From the NCBI RefSeq assembly GCF_018350175.1, contig NC_058368.1:194682001-194746000 (forward strand): 64,000 nucleotides of DNA. Direction: 5' to 3'. Under the pieces are notes generated by a model. That model saw only the letters and a program-made list of their open reading frames with translations. It was not told the DNA's origin and did no database searches. A program made the translations under genes and the position numbers. Source of the DNA: Felis catus (Eukaryota). Below, one piece after another: positions 52,051 through 64,000 of the stretch; position 1 is the stretch's first letter; each line of letters starts with the position of its first letter.

Positions 52051-52622
52051 CAGGGGTCACAAACTAATGTTGAGAGGGCCAGGCAGGGGGCGCCTGGGTG
52101 GCGCAGTCGGTTAAACGTCCAACTTCAGCCAGGTCACGATCTCGCGGTCCGTGAGTTCGAGCCCCGCGTCGGGCTCTGGGCTGATGGCTCAGAGCCTGGA
52201 GCCTGTTTCCGATTCTGTGTCTCCCTCTCTCTGCCCCTCCCCCATTCATGCTCTGTCTCTCTCTGTCCCAAAAATAAATAAACATTGAGAGGGCCAGGCA
52301 GGTCAAACTAAAAGGTCAGGGACCAGGTGGGAACCGTGGGGAACTTGAGAGCCCTACTTAAAGCAGAACAGAGTCTGCCTGTTCCTCACAGGTTGCTGCC
52401 AAGGGTGCAGTGAGACCGGTGCCGTGAAATGGTCTGGTTTTCAAGAGAAGCCAGAATTCATATTTTTATATCAAAAAAATAATCCAATTTTAAAATCTTG
52501 CCATCTCATCCTAACATTGGGGAAAAACAAAACAAAACAAAACAAAATAAAACAAAACAAAACAGGCACCAAATCAAATGTACTTGCAAGCAGCCTACAA
52601 GCCTGCCGGTCTGTCGCCTCTA
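52051..52622 (+). mobile_element. MER102-like hAT element split by a SINE
   Basis: CAGGGGTCACAAACT...GGGCCAGGCAGGT start. Confidence 0.6.
52086..52284 (+). mobile_element. Young felid CAN-SINE without poly(A) tail
   Basis: Young subfamily head; perfect TSD ttgagagggccaggcagg. Confidence 0.95.
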
Positions 52623-54426
52623 GCTGATAGGGTCACCAGACACATGTGCAGCTCCATACTGTTGAGTCCCTGACGGGGGTTCCCGGGGCTGTGTCACCCA
52701 CAAGCCAAACTCCACTGAGCTTTCAGCTGCAACATCCATCAGAATTGTACCTGTTTCCTTTCTCTCGGCCACCTCTCCTGCTCACTGAGCAAATCAGAAT
52801 TGGCATCATGCAGGAACTAGAGTGCCAAGCAAAGAAGGGGGGAGGCATGGACTTGGGCGATCCGCAGCAACAGGCGGTGAAGTGCACCTGAAGAGTGGGA
52901 GGCAGCCTTTGCTGAAACGACTGACCACCCTTTTCAGGGGGACAGCCCCTAAGGCAGTTGCAAGAAGGGCTCTCTCTCTCCTCTCTCCGAAGGCAAGCGG
53001 CCTCTCGCCCCCTTTCTTTCCCCTCTGCCAGTACCTCCAGCACCTTTGCACCCACACCAGAGATCTCCATACAAGGAAACAGGCACTCAATCTAGAAGCG
53101 ACAAGCCCCCGCCAGCGGCCGACCGTGACGGCCCAGCTCGTTCTTCATTCTGACGTGGCCGCAAGCGACAGTAGGCTCCTTGGCGACAACCTCAAGGTGA
53201 TTGGAATGCTGAATACACACAGCGGGTGTGTTCATGTGCATGTGTGCACGTGCACACGTGATGGGGGCAGCAGTCAGTCAGGCTCCTGACAGCCCACACA
53301 TCACAGGAGCCGGAAAAACAAGTCATACGAGAGAAATGGAAAACCGCCCGACTCAAGAATCTGCCATGGCTCCCCATCACTTGCACAATAAAGCCAAGCT
53401 CCCGGCACCTATGTCCAGCCTCACCTTCAACTGTACTATTCCTTCAAGGAACACCAGTCGCATGTTTTCCCTCAACTCTCCCAGTTTGCGCAGTCTGCCT
53501 AGAATGGTCCTCCACTTGGAGGGAGGCATGTTTTCATGTTTAATGCAAAAAAAAAAAAAACACAATTTAGGTAATGAATCCCTTGATATCTGTTCTAGCA
53601 GTTCTATTATATAACCACTGAGAATGTCTTCTGACCTGTACTACCATGCAATCATAGAAGCAATGGAAAACATCATTTACTGAACACCTATTGTGTACCA
53701 AGCACTATACTGAAGGCTTTACCTGCTTTCAATTATTCAACCCTCACAACCTCCATGTCAGATGAGAACACTAAGCCACAAAGAGGTCATGTGCCCTATC
53801 CAATGTCACACAGCCAATACAGGTACAGCAAGGATTCAAACGCAGGACTCCTGTCTTCAGAGCCCATACCCTCACCACCAGGAGATGCCCCCTTCCTCTG
53901 AGGCTCCATGCAAGTGAAAATCTCAGTCACCCACCACACCTTGGGGGCCAGGGTGGGGGGCGGCATATCAAGGACATGGGGATGGGAAGGCAGTCAGGCA
54001 ATCTTGTCACTGATGTGCTGGGGCACTTTGAACAGGTTACTTCACCTCTCCAAGCCTCTACTTCCCTCTTCTCTAAAATGAGTGTTTAAATTAGATGAGC
54101 CAGCTCGATGCAGTTCATGACACCCTATATAAGTCGTTTTATCTAGATTTATTACCAGACAGACAAAAGAAAACAGAGCTGTGTGCCACAATTAAAGTGA
54201 TATGTAGGTCTTAGTGACCATAATGGAAATAGGGCAGCAAAGGAGGGAGATGTGCATAAACCAAGGCACAGAATGATCTGGAAATCAATTTTCTTTGGGG
54301 CAAATTGGTAGGCTCTAGTGTGACTAATGAGTCCCTGGGAATTCTACCCAGAATGTTCACCTCCAGAGGGAGAGGCTCTGGCCCCCTGGGCGATTGCCCA
54401 GATAGGCATCGTTGTAGATCCTCCAG

Positions 54427-54445
54427 TGTCCAGCAGAGGGCGCCC
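54427..54445 (+). promoter_or_regulatory. Candidate CTCF binding site
   Basis: CCAGCAGAGGGCGC (54430-54443) matches CCASYAGRKGGCRS at every position, in non-repeat DNA. Confidence 0.6.
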
Positions 54446-57071
54446 ACATCCACGTACTTGGCTGCTCCCAGGGACTTCGCAATCTGCTTCACACAGCCCG
54501 CACCCCGCACCACCCCCCCCACCCCCCGCCTCCGCGCGAGGTCCTTGTCTGTCCTGCTTTGTCTTCCCTGCTCTGTTCTGCCAGTGGTAATTGGAATGAA
54601 GCAAGACATGGGATAGGCAATTTAGACACTTAAGTGTGTTGTTATAGGCCTCTGGATTTCCAACCAACCTTTTTAAAAGATGAAGAGGCCGTGGAGTGGC
54701 CCCATTCCTCTCTGCCGTGCCTCCTCTTTGTTTCCGGGAGAACGTGGGGGCCGCCCTCTGGCTGCGCCTTCTCTTGCTACTCTCAGGGGACCTCTGATTT
54801 GGTTGAGAAGGGTTTCTCCTTATCAAATCACAAGCCTCCTTAGAAATGGCCCAAGAGACCATCACTGCCTGCCGGGTGCTGAAATATGTTATCATTAGGC
54901 TCAACGTGTGATTTAGTTAATTAAATGTCATGCTTTTGATGGCATTAATTAGACCCGCTGCTGACTCCCCAGAAAACAAAACTAAACAAAAATGAAAACA
55001 TCACTCCTAACCCGAGGAGGCTCCATGGAACCAAAGTGAGATCTTTCTAAATCCCTTTCCCCTCCTAGGACAAAATTAGTCCAAACAGATCTCTGAACAG
55101 TTCAGTGAGCTTTATGATGTCATTTTTCCTTTGAGGGATGATGCTACTAATGTCCCTGGTATTTCAGAGCATTTAATGTTTTTATTAATAATGACATAAT
55201 TGTTCCTTACATGAATATATTTTGGAGGTTATAACCCACTTTCACATTCATCACCTCTTTTGTGTTTCAAAATAACCTGGAGGGGTTGGTGGGGATTGAG
55301 GACAGAGGCTCCCTTGCTCGAGGAGGTCACTCGACCGGCCAGTCCGGGTGCTAGAGCTCAAGCCCAGGCCTTTCCATGGACCCACACCCCACATTTGTAA
55401 AACACTTCCCCATATGTTTTCTCCTATGTGAAACTTCCTAACAAAACCCCTGGCAGGTAGAAAAAGGAAGAATTATCCACACTTCTTGACAAGTGTCGAC
55501 ACAGAGGCCCCAAGATGTCAAATGAGTTTGTTAAACGGCTTCCACTCATTAGTGAGGTTTTAGTTAATGATAGTAATAGCCGACAACACGAAGACCCAAA
55601 TCTCAGCATTCTAGCCTAACTGCTTACGGATACGTCTGAGAGAATCATGAGACACCATGGTTCTTCCAGCGTAATCAGCAACAATAATCTGAGTGTCCAC
55701 CCATTATTGAACACCAACATGTGCGAAGCACTGTCCCTGCGTATCCTGCTGCAGCACGTCTAAGCGCTCACAAAACTTCCCAACCAGGTATTGTTTTCCA
55801 ACTCAGACTCGACTGAAGAAACTTAGAGAGCTTAGAATCTTAGAGAGCTCCTCATCGTTGGAAAAGGGGAGAGGCTAGGATCTGCCACCGAGGCTTGCAG
55901 AACCCAAAGCCCATCGTCTTTTTACTTTAGTACAATGCCTTCAAGAAGGCTATCGCAGTGTCAGTATTTATTGGATGTGCTCTGCGTCCTCGTCCTTATG
56001 ACACACGTATGGAGGTAAGAGAGACACTTTGGACACGACTTCAGGCACCAGGGGCTTACCACACTGAGAAAAACCAGCTCTTCTTCCATTAACAGAAATG
56101 CAAGAGAAGAATGCAGACAGCAATATGGTACACAAGGCACTCAGGAAGCATTCCTTGAGCAAGGTGACTGTCGTCTCAGCCATTAACTCAACCCTCGAAA
56201 GTGCTCTGGGCCCCGAATGGTTTAAATGTGTCTTATTACCTATCTTGTAGGGTAGATTTATGCAGTATACATGTTTAATATACATTCATTCATTGGCATG
56301 CACTTGGCAGAGAAAGAGAAATAATTTAAATAGTTGAGAGGTGCCCCTGCATGAGCATGAGGGGAGAGTCATTAGCCTACTGGTCCCCAAGGTATTATCT
56401 GCCCCTGCAGCTCTCTCTGGGCATGGACATCTTGGTAAGATGACCATGATTGTTTTGTTTAGAGACATGAGATTACTTTGGATATTAATAGGTTTCTAGA
56501 CACAAGGCAACCATCTCATGTGGGGCTCAACAAAGAGCCATCTGTTCCAATGCTCAAGGACAAACCAGCTGTGTCAAACATAGGACAAGATGGAATCATT
56601 TTTGCACTTTATAGACAATTTAAAGTATTTTCTAGGGTAACTTTTATTATGCAGAGTTCTCTGCTTACATGTTGACTTTAGAACTTAACCACACATACGG
56701 TGTGACTATGGTGTAATTTACATGCATCTAGTTATCACATTACCTACTTACCAAAATAGCTGAGTCTATTGGCATTGCTTCTAGAATAGCTGCTGTGTAT
56801 GAACAGGTAGCCACAGGTCCGGAAATCTAGGAATTGCAATGATGACCAAGGGTCACAGTGACACAGTAGCCAGATGGTCCTTTCCAAAAACCTGAGGCAG
56901 GCTCCAGATTAGATAGAAGTCATCGAGATCCAAGGTACAAACATACATAGCAGGATCTAGCAGAAAGAGGGCTAAACATGCGATGGTAGGCCTATCCCTT
57001 ATCACTGGTGATCTTGAGCAAGTCACTTAGCATCTGAGCCTCAGTTTTCTCAGTTATAATTAAAAAGAATA

Positions 57072-57260
57072 GGGGTGCCTGGGTGGCTCAGTCAGTTGAG
57101 CATCTGACTTCAGCTCAGGTCGTGAGTTCGAGCCCCGTGTCGGGCTCTGTGCTGACAGCTCGGAGACTGGAGCCTGCTTCAGATTCTGTGCCTCCCTCTC
57201 TCTCTACCTCTCTCCGACTGTGCTCTGTCTCTCAAAACTAAATAAATGTATTAAAAAAAT
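57072..57260 (+). mobile_element. CAN-SINE with ~15-bp internal deletion, inserted in a MIR
   Basis: TSD ttaaaaagaatag. Confidence 0.92.
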
Positions 57261-59345
57261 TTAAAAAGAATAGACAAGGTGATCCCTAAAAGATTAACCT
57301 CCAAATTCTGATGCCAGTTGTTAAAAAGAACAGAGACAGATTTCTGGGTGTCTGGACTACTAAGAGTTTCGCAAAGCAGAACCAGGGTGCAGATGGGCAC
57401 AGTTGCATTAGATGGGCTTGTAGGAGGGGAACCATTTAATGGGGGACATTTTGGAGTCTGTAAGCCGAGGGAATAACACTTAGGCAAGCACAATATTCTT
57501 ATGCCAGAACCATCTCAGCAAACCAGCTCCCATGGCCTCTGGCTTGCAGGGGATGAAGGTCTCAGAACTTGGAGAATACCTTGTGGCCTGCAGTTCCCCT
57601 CTGCCCGGGTCTGTCTCATCAGCACTGTTCTGCTTAGCTGACTGCTCTTGGCTTGCCTTGGCCTGTGTCTTAGGGCAGAAGTCTACTTGGAGCCAGGCTG
57701 GGAGGTTTTAGAAGAGTCTAAATCCTTAGTAAACGCATTTTCGTTAAACAAGAGGAACAGTCAGATTCAGCAGCTGGAGGCTAAGGCATCCAGAAGTGTA
57801 GCAACATATTGGGGAGGGGGGGCAGTATATTTAATCGAGACCCAGGAAGTCTGAGTTATAACACTAGATATATCTCGGACTTTCTGCAGAATTTGGGAAA
57901 GTCACTTAACTTCTCAGAGCTTCCATTTTGTCTCCTACAAAATCAAGGGGGAAAGTTTGGTTCTCTCTGACACTGTCAGCCCTAACATCAGATCATTTTA
58001 TGGTTCTTGTAAACATGGGACTGTACCGTGGCACTCTGATTTGGGATTTTCAGCTTCTCCTTTACAGTATAAAACATCTAAAATCTCTAACCATATCCAT
58101 TTCACTAGCTCTTGACATGGTGAGTGTCCGGTGAATGCCATCCGTTAGGAATGACAATGGCCACACCGCAGGTATTCACAGAAGAGTTGCCAACACCCTA
58201 ATAGTTCATGTCTACTGCAGCATTTTTTATTCTGCCTGGATGATCAAGGGTAAGATTACATTTGCATTACTCATCAGTCCTAATCATATCATTAAGCATC
58301 TGGATCTAGCCATGCCTGAAGCCAACAATTGCCAGATTTTCCAGTTAGGTGAATCAGTCAACTTTGTTCTTTATCACCTACGTGGGTTGGAAAGCTCCTT
58401 GACTCAATTAATCCTACCACATTCCATTTCTATCACTTGTAACTGAGAGACCTGAGAATACACAATCCATTTAGAAAGTGAGATTACTACATATAGTATA
58501 TAAGGCTAGATTTTGATGTCTCTCCATGTTTTCTTTTCTATAGGTCAAGAGTCAGAAGGGGGGAAATTGTAGAGTCAAGATCATGCCAAAGTCAAGAATC
58601 TGCCAGACTGGGTTGCAGAACTGTTGGCTGAAATGCCTTTTTGCCGGGTCATGCTGAGCATTTTGAACAGACTGCATTTTGCTCCTGAGAAATTTCACTG
58701 CCTAAAGAGAAGTTGCTACCTCTTGTGACACCACGGTATTAATGAAATAGACAAATACTCCAAAGAGATGTGCTGATAGGTTCTACATGACGTGTGCCTG
58801 AGGAGAGGTGACAGCTACTTACTGAAGACCTACTGTGTGCCAGGAGTGTCCTGGTACACTGATGTCCATTCTAACAACAGTCCTAGATAGTCAGTACACT
58901 CATCTTTCTTTTATTTACACTGAGGTTAAAGGTTAGAGAGGTTAATAACTTTTCCAAGGTATCAACAGTTAGTACGCAATAGAACCTACATTCAAAGTTT
59001 GGTCTCCTGCTTCAAGTTCAGTGTTCCTTCCACCATGCTATAGTAGCTCTCCCTGCACAGAATGGAGGGAGCTCACTAAGGCAATGAGAGCACAAAATGA
59101 GGTAGGAATAAGAACAGACCTGGACGTGTGGTGGGCCAGTGGTTATGGGGAAACACCTGATTCTGCAGGGCAGGGATGATGGTGAAGACAGGCAGGTGCT
59201 TTCCTGGGGTCATCGTCCTTTACTCTTCTTCCTCCATGCAACCCTGAAGATCAGGTTCAAGGTCACAGTGCTGGTAAACAGCAGAGGCAGGATTTGAACC
59301 CATGCCTGTCTTGTTCCAGGAGGCCCAGCTCCTTACAAACACTTC

Positions 59346-60068
59346 AGGGATTCCCAAATGTCATCAGTCTCATATCACATTCTGGATTTTTTTAGACCCT
59401 TACGTACACTACCTGCATTGTTCTTTACTTAGCATATTAATTTTAAATGGCTAGTTTCCATTTACATTTATTTTAACGTCTATTTATTTTTGAGAGAGAG
59501 AGTGTGAGCGGGGTAGGGGCAAATAGAGAGGGAGACTCAGAATCCGAAGCAGGCTCCAGGCTCTGAGCTGTCAGCACAGAGCCAGACGCGGGGCTCGAAC
59601 TCACGAACCATGAGATCATGACCCAAGCTGAAGTTGGACGCTTACCGACTGAGCCACCCAGGTGCCCCACCACTTAAATTTATTTTAAAAGGAAACTTCA
59701 CATCACTACATAAGTGGAAAAAGTATATTGTTTGCCATAAGTAGAAGGAAATTTCAAAAAAAATACAAGAAGAACAGATAAAGTCATTAAATTTAAGACA
59801 TGCCGTCACTAGGTGATGCTTCTGAGGCTAACATGCTTTTCCTTTGTTTAAAACAAAGAAGATAGGGTGTTATCCAAGATCTTAAAACCATATTAACACA
59901 AACACAAGTCTTTCTCCCTCGGATGATCAGGTGGATTGAAGGAGAACTGAAAAGGAAATACCTTTCTCACAGTGCAGGTGCACACTATTGAATACGGAGT
60001 CCCTGAGCCACAAAAAATCATGGTGGAAATGCCAGCAAGGGAACCCAACCCATGCTTTGGAACATCTG
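59346..60068 (+). mobile_element. MER113-like hAT-Charlie relic split by a SINE
   Basis: CAGGGATTCCCAAA ... CTTTGGAACATCTG TIR-like ends. Confidence 0.55.
59475..59668 (-). mobile_element. CAN-SINE
   Basis: TSD ccatttacatttatttt/ccacttaaatttatttt. Confidence 0.92.
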
Positions 60069-60508
60069 CCTTGGCGTACATCCTGGCTCAGGCAGTCCTG
60101 CCACATCCCTATTTCTGTACCCGTGAGGATGCCACCATCCATCCCTTTCTTCTAGCCAGCCCCATTTCTCCTTCCTGGAGCCTTCTAGAAATGTTTACTC
60201 CTAAAGTTCTGTCTTGCCTCTGGACCCAACATTTACACAGGAGGCATTTAGTGTTCTGAGCGGTAATGGAACCATCTTGTGTGTAGATTTCGTCTCACTT
60301 GGATGAGCCTGATACCCAAACAGGCAAAGTGTTCCAATCAACCTGTCTCCCTGTCTGCAAAGTAAACTGTGTAACATCTAACATCCAGGCCAGTCCCGGC
60401 AGTGGCTTCATTTCTTTTAGAACTGGAAGATATCTTAATGATCATCTGATCTATCACCTTATTTTGTAGATGAGAAAGCTTAGGCCTAGCTTTTAAAATG
60501 ACTTTTTT

Positions 60509-60742
60509 GAGGCGCCTGGGTAGCTCAGTCGGTTAAGCATCTGACTTTGTCTCAGGTCACGATCTCATGGTTCATGAGTTCAAGCCCTGCGTCGGGCTCT
60601 GTGCTGACAGCTTGGAGCGTGGAGCCTACTGTCTCCTTGTCTCTCAGCCCCTCCCCTGCTTGTGTGCTTGCTTGCTCGCTTGCTCTCTCTTTCTCTCCCC
60701 CTCTCTCTCAAAAATAAATAAAAACATTAGAAAAAAAATAAA
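60509..60742 (+). mobile_element. CAN-SINE inserted in a MIR
   Basis: Head, B-box, CT tract and A tail present. Confidence 0.9.
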
Positions 60743-62744
60743 ATAAGACCTTTTCAAGTTTAAACCCCCAGAAGGTGATGGCATAGCTGGGGTCTCAACC
60801 TAGGGCTTCTTGGTAGTCAGAGATCTTTTGCTCTTCCTATAGTTTTCTCGATGATAAGAATATAAAAGTACTTAATAAATACAACCCAGATTTGAAATAC
60901 TTAAGAACAAACAGCTGTACCCCTGGTTCAATTGATGCAAAATTCTGGTGGATACAGAATCTTCCAAAATTCCAAGGAAGATTTTCATCTTGCAAACCAG
61001 GGTTCACTGATCTTGTAGGGATTTGTAAATGAGGACCAGTAGGGGTGAAGGGGCAGGTCAAAGGGATCAGGGAGGCGTGATTCTGCCAGTGATGACATTG
61101 TAGAAATGATAAATGTCTCCTTAGGGAAGGGCGCTTTTTTTTTTTTAACTGTTATTATTAGGCCTCTCAAACATAACCATGTAAAGTGCGCCTGCCAAAT
61201 TGCACCTACCTCTGTGGCTGCTCAGATGATTCTGATAAGCTTTAGATAAATATCCCCCCCCACCCCCACCCTGATCCATGGCACTGATCCAACAGGAGCT
61301 GGAACTTCCAACACTTTGAGGTTTGCCCAGCACTAAGTAATTATCCCTGGAAATATTTACTGTTTATCTACCTTCAAATTTTAATGACAGAGATTCTACT
61401 GTGCCATTGTGATTCAAGGCACGAACAAAAGCTCCCCTGGACTCTCCCTAATACAGCACAGAGTAGTGCTTAAATTTTTATAAGTCTGCAAAGTCAGTTC
61501 CTCATGTTCACCCTATCACCCCTTTCCAGCTTTTTGTGTGGACAGCAAGAAGTGCTTCTTAATTTGTTCTAAAAGAAAAAAAAAAAAAAAGACTGTCCTA
61601 TCTAGGTTACTGGTTCTATGAATCACCTTTGTTTTAAGACTTATTTCTTTGTCTTTGCTCTGCTGGGAACGAGCTCCATTTCTCCTAACGGAGGTATGTT
61701 CGTCTGTAGCACATACTCCCTAGATTCCAGGAGTGTTTTTGTAACCTTTCCTATTCATGATTGCCCAAATCAATGTTACCTTCTCTTTTCAGGGTCACCC
61801 TAAAGACCATGTTCTTGGGGTGGGAGAAGGGAAGGTATGAGAGTCAAGAGATGCCTCTGAGCCTCAGTTTCCTCATCACAAGAGGATCGGAGTGAGGCTA
61901 GACCAGGCCAAGGGTTTCTTGCCTCTCTAATCGACCGTGGATCAGCTTGTGATGAACATCCAGTGACTGTTACTATCAGAGAACTAACTAGCTCTCTGTT
62001 TAATCAACTGCAAAAGATGCTGATGGTCAGGAATGTTACACTTGAGGAAAATTATCTGTCCATCTTGCTATTAGGGACACACAGCGAAGAAGGACTGACT
62101 CTGAGCCAGGCAGTCTCCATCTCCCAGGGTAGGCACAGACCCAGGAAAGGCCATACTTCTCTCTTCCTGCAGAATGTGATGAAATCATCCTCCTTCCCCT
62201 GCTCCTAAACAACCCAGGATGTCAGCAGATTTGCCCCCAGGGTGGTTTTGTCACCTGCCCCAACCCGATCTCTAACAGGCAAGTAGGACAGAGTAAGGGT
62301 TTGACTTTCTCAAGAGTCTGACTGTAACCCATGGGCAGGGCTGAAGCAGCCAGCTCTGGAGCAGGATTTTAGGGACGTTTGGAAAGCCATATCTCCCACA
62401 ACACGTGTCCATACTTACTGTCACACACACTGTGTGTGTGTTTCTTTTGTTAATTTGTAGGTAGAATCAAAATAAATATTTGATAGCTTTAGTTTACATA
62501 AAGTAAAATTCTTGATTAGATTTTAGTGTCTGATCTAGGTAATAAACAACTTCCCCTCTAGTATATAATTGCCAATTCATGAGGCACGTAATGCCAAAAT
62601 CGGACTTCTCGAGAAGTGAAACGTTCCTAGCACAACCTCTCTGGCTTAAAATCAGAAGACCGAGATTCTAGTCCAAGCACTTTCTCACTAACTTGTTATG
62701 CAGCCTTGAGCAAACCTCCTCACCTCTCTGAACTCCAGGAGAAT

Positions 62745-63475
62745 CCAAATCCATATAACCCAACTTTTATCGAATGTCTATTTAAAAGACACTAATAAGC
62801 AAGATAAAGTTGTGCAAAGAGCATAATGATATCTTTGCCCTCAACCGAAGGTAAGACAAACATTGATGATTACGGTACAAGATCAAATAAGAAAAGAATC
62901 ATGGGAAAATTATAGTTTGGGTCAGGGTGGAAATTGAGAAGCTACCTTAGAAAAGTTAGTATTGAGGCATGGATGAGAAGGTGAATGAGTTTCAAGGGAA
63001 GACATGAAAAGTGAAATGAATATTTCAGGGAAAGGAAACATGAACCAAGATTTGAAAAGATAGAAAAATGACAGACTGTGATTGCCTGGGGTGGTTTGGC
63101 TTGGTTAGAGGACAGAGTGCTAAAAGAGGAGTAGTAAAAGTTGAGGACTAGAGACAGAGCGTGAAGCCTGACTTTAGAAAGCAGTTATTTTGTCTAAAGA
63201 ATTTATCATTCATTCTGGCAATGGGGAGCCATTAGATACTTTGGAGTGAGGGAGTGCCACGATCAAAGCTGGGCTTTGGGGATGGGAGTCTGGCAACTGT
63301 GTAGGATATGAATGAAGGGTGGAGAAAGACTGGAGGCAAGAAAGCAGTCAGGAGGCTACTGCATTACCTCTCCCAGGGAGCTATAACAAGGCACTGATTT
63401 AAGGCAGTGTATAGCTCCCGTGGATGTGAGAAAAAAGAAAAGAAAGAAAGTAGATGTGAGAGCATTTTAAATTCT
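62745..63475 (-). mobile_element. LINE-2 fragment
   Basis: GGCAATGGGGAGCCATT, AGACTGGAGGCAAG...AGGAGGCTACTGCA motifs. Confidence 0.75.
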
Positions 63476-63494
63476 TTACTTTTATAAGAAATAG

Positions 63495-64000
63495 GTCATC
63501 GAGAACTGGGAAGGGTATGAGCTCCTATGAGATAATAATTCAGCCTGCCACAATTTCAAGATGCTGACAGAAGACGTGAGACTCATGGGTCTGAAACAAT
63601 GGAGTTTATTACTCAAAGTACAGCAGGCGGCATGAGCTTCATGTTCGCTTGCATTTCCCTGGTCCTGCACGTCTTGTGGGGCAACAATACAGAGATGCGC
63701 CCAGGGGGGTGCAGCCACCACAGTGTATTTGTGATGTAGCTGAAGAACCCACACCTCAGGAAAGCTCCAATCTTATTAAGGGGGGTAACCAACAAACCTG
63801 TCCAATCTTTCCCCCAGAGTGAGATGCTATCTTCATTCCTCTGATCAGGAAAGAAATCTTCCCTGGGCCCTAGAGAGGGATGCTATCTTGATCTTCCAAG
63901 GCTGCTTTTTGTACAAATATCCTTGAAAAGGCAGCCCTGAACAAAGCTGTCAATGTCTCTCACTCAAAGATAGGCAGAACTGCAGGAGACCCACAGAGAG
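63495..64000 (-). mobile_element. MER76-like ERVL LTR, cut by the window end
   Basis: Minus strand GGGTCTCCTGCAGTTCTGC...CTTTTCAAGGATATTTGTAC...CAGCCTTGGAAGAT matches recalled MER76. Confidence 0.75.

Noticed and set aside
54211..54904. 132-186-aa ORFs in the GC-rich island
   Set aside because: Open on both strands because of GC content; no recognisable protein
1979..60742. tRNA genes suggested by A/B boxes
   Set aside because: All boxes are SINE heads followed by CT tracts and A tails
1..64000. CRISPR array, prokaryote-type system, processed pseudogene, NUMT or ERV coding region
   Set aside because: No regularly spaced repeats, operon-like ORFs, or mitochondrial or gag/pol-like translations seen

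Overview
Mammalian genomic DNA, very probably from a felid: it carries about 21 tRNA-derived CAN-SINEs of SINEC_Fc type and carnivore-type L1 3' ends. I can support no intact protein-coding gene, RNA gene or CRISPR array. The window is a repeat-rich intronic or intergenic stretch containing SINEs with clear target-site duplications (TSDs), truncated L1s, a HAL1, L2 and MIR relics, MaLR/ERV LTRs, hAT/Tigger DNA transposons and microsatellites. Repeat subfamily names are recalled from consensus sequences and were not checked against a database. I found no convincing new biological system. The most unusual directly visible features are two separate short inverted duplications (14.2/14.8 kb and 17.1/19.2 kb), a four-tier nested transposon stack (7-12.4 kb), and atypical retro-insertions. 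There are also a few repeat-free islands: a candidate 57-nt minus-strand exon, a consensus CTCF site next to a homeodomain-motif cluster, and an octamer/SOX cluster. Most L1s and MaLRs are on the + strand, which hints at a long minus-strand host gene that I cannot identify.
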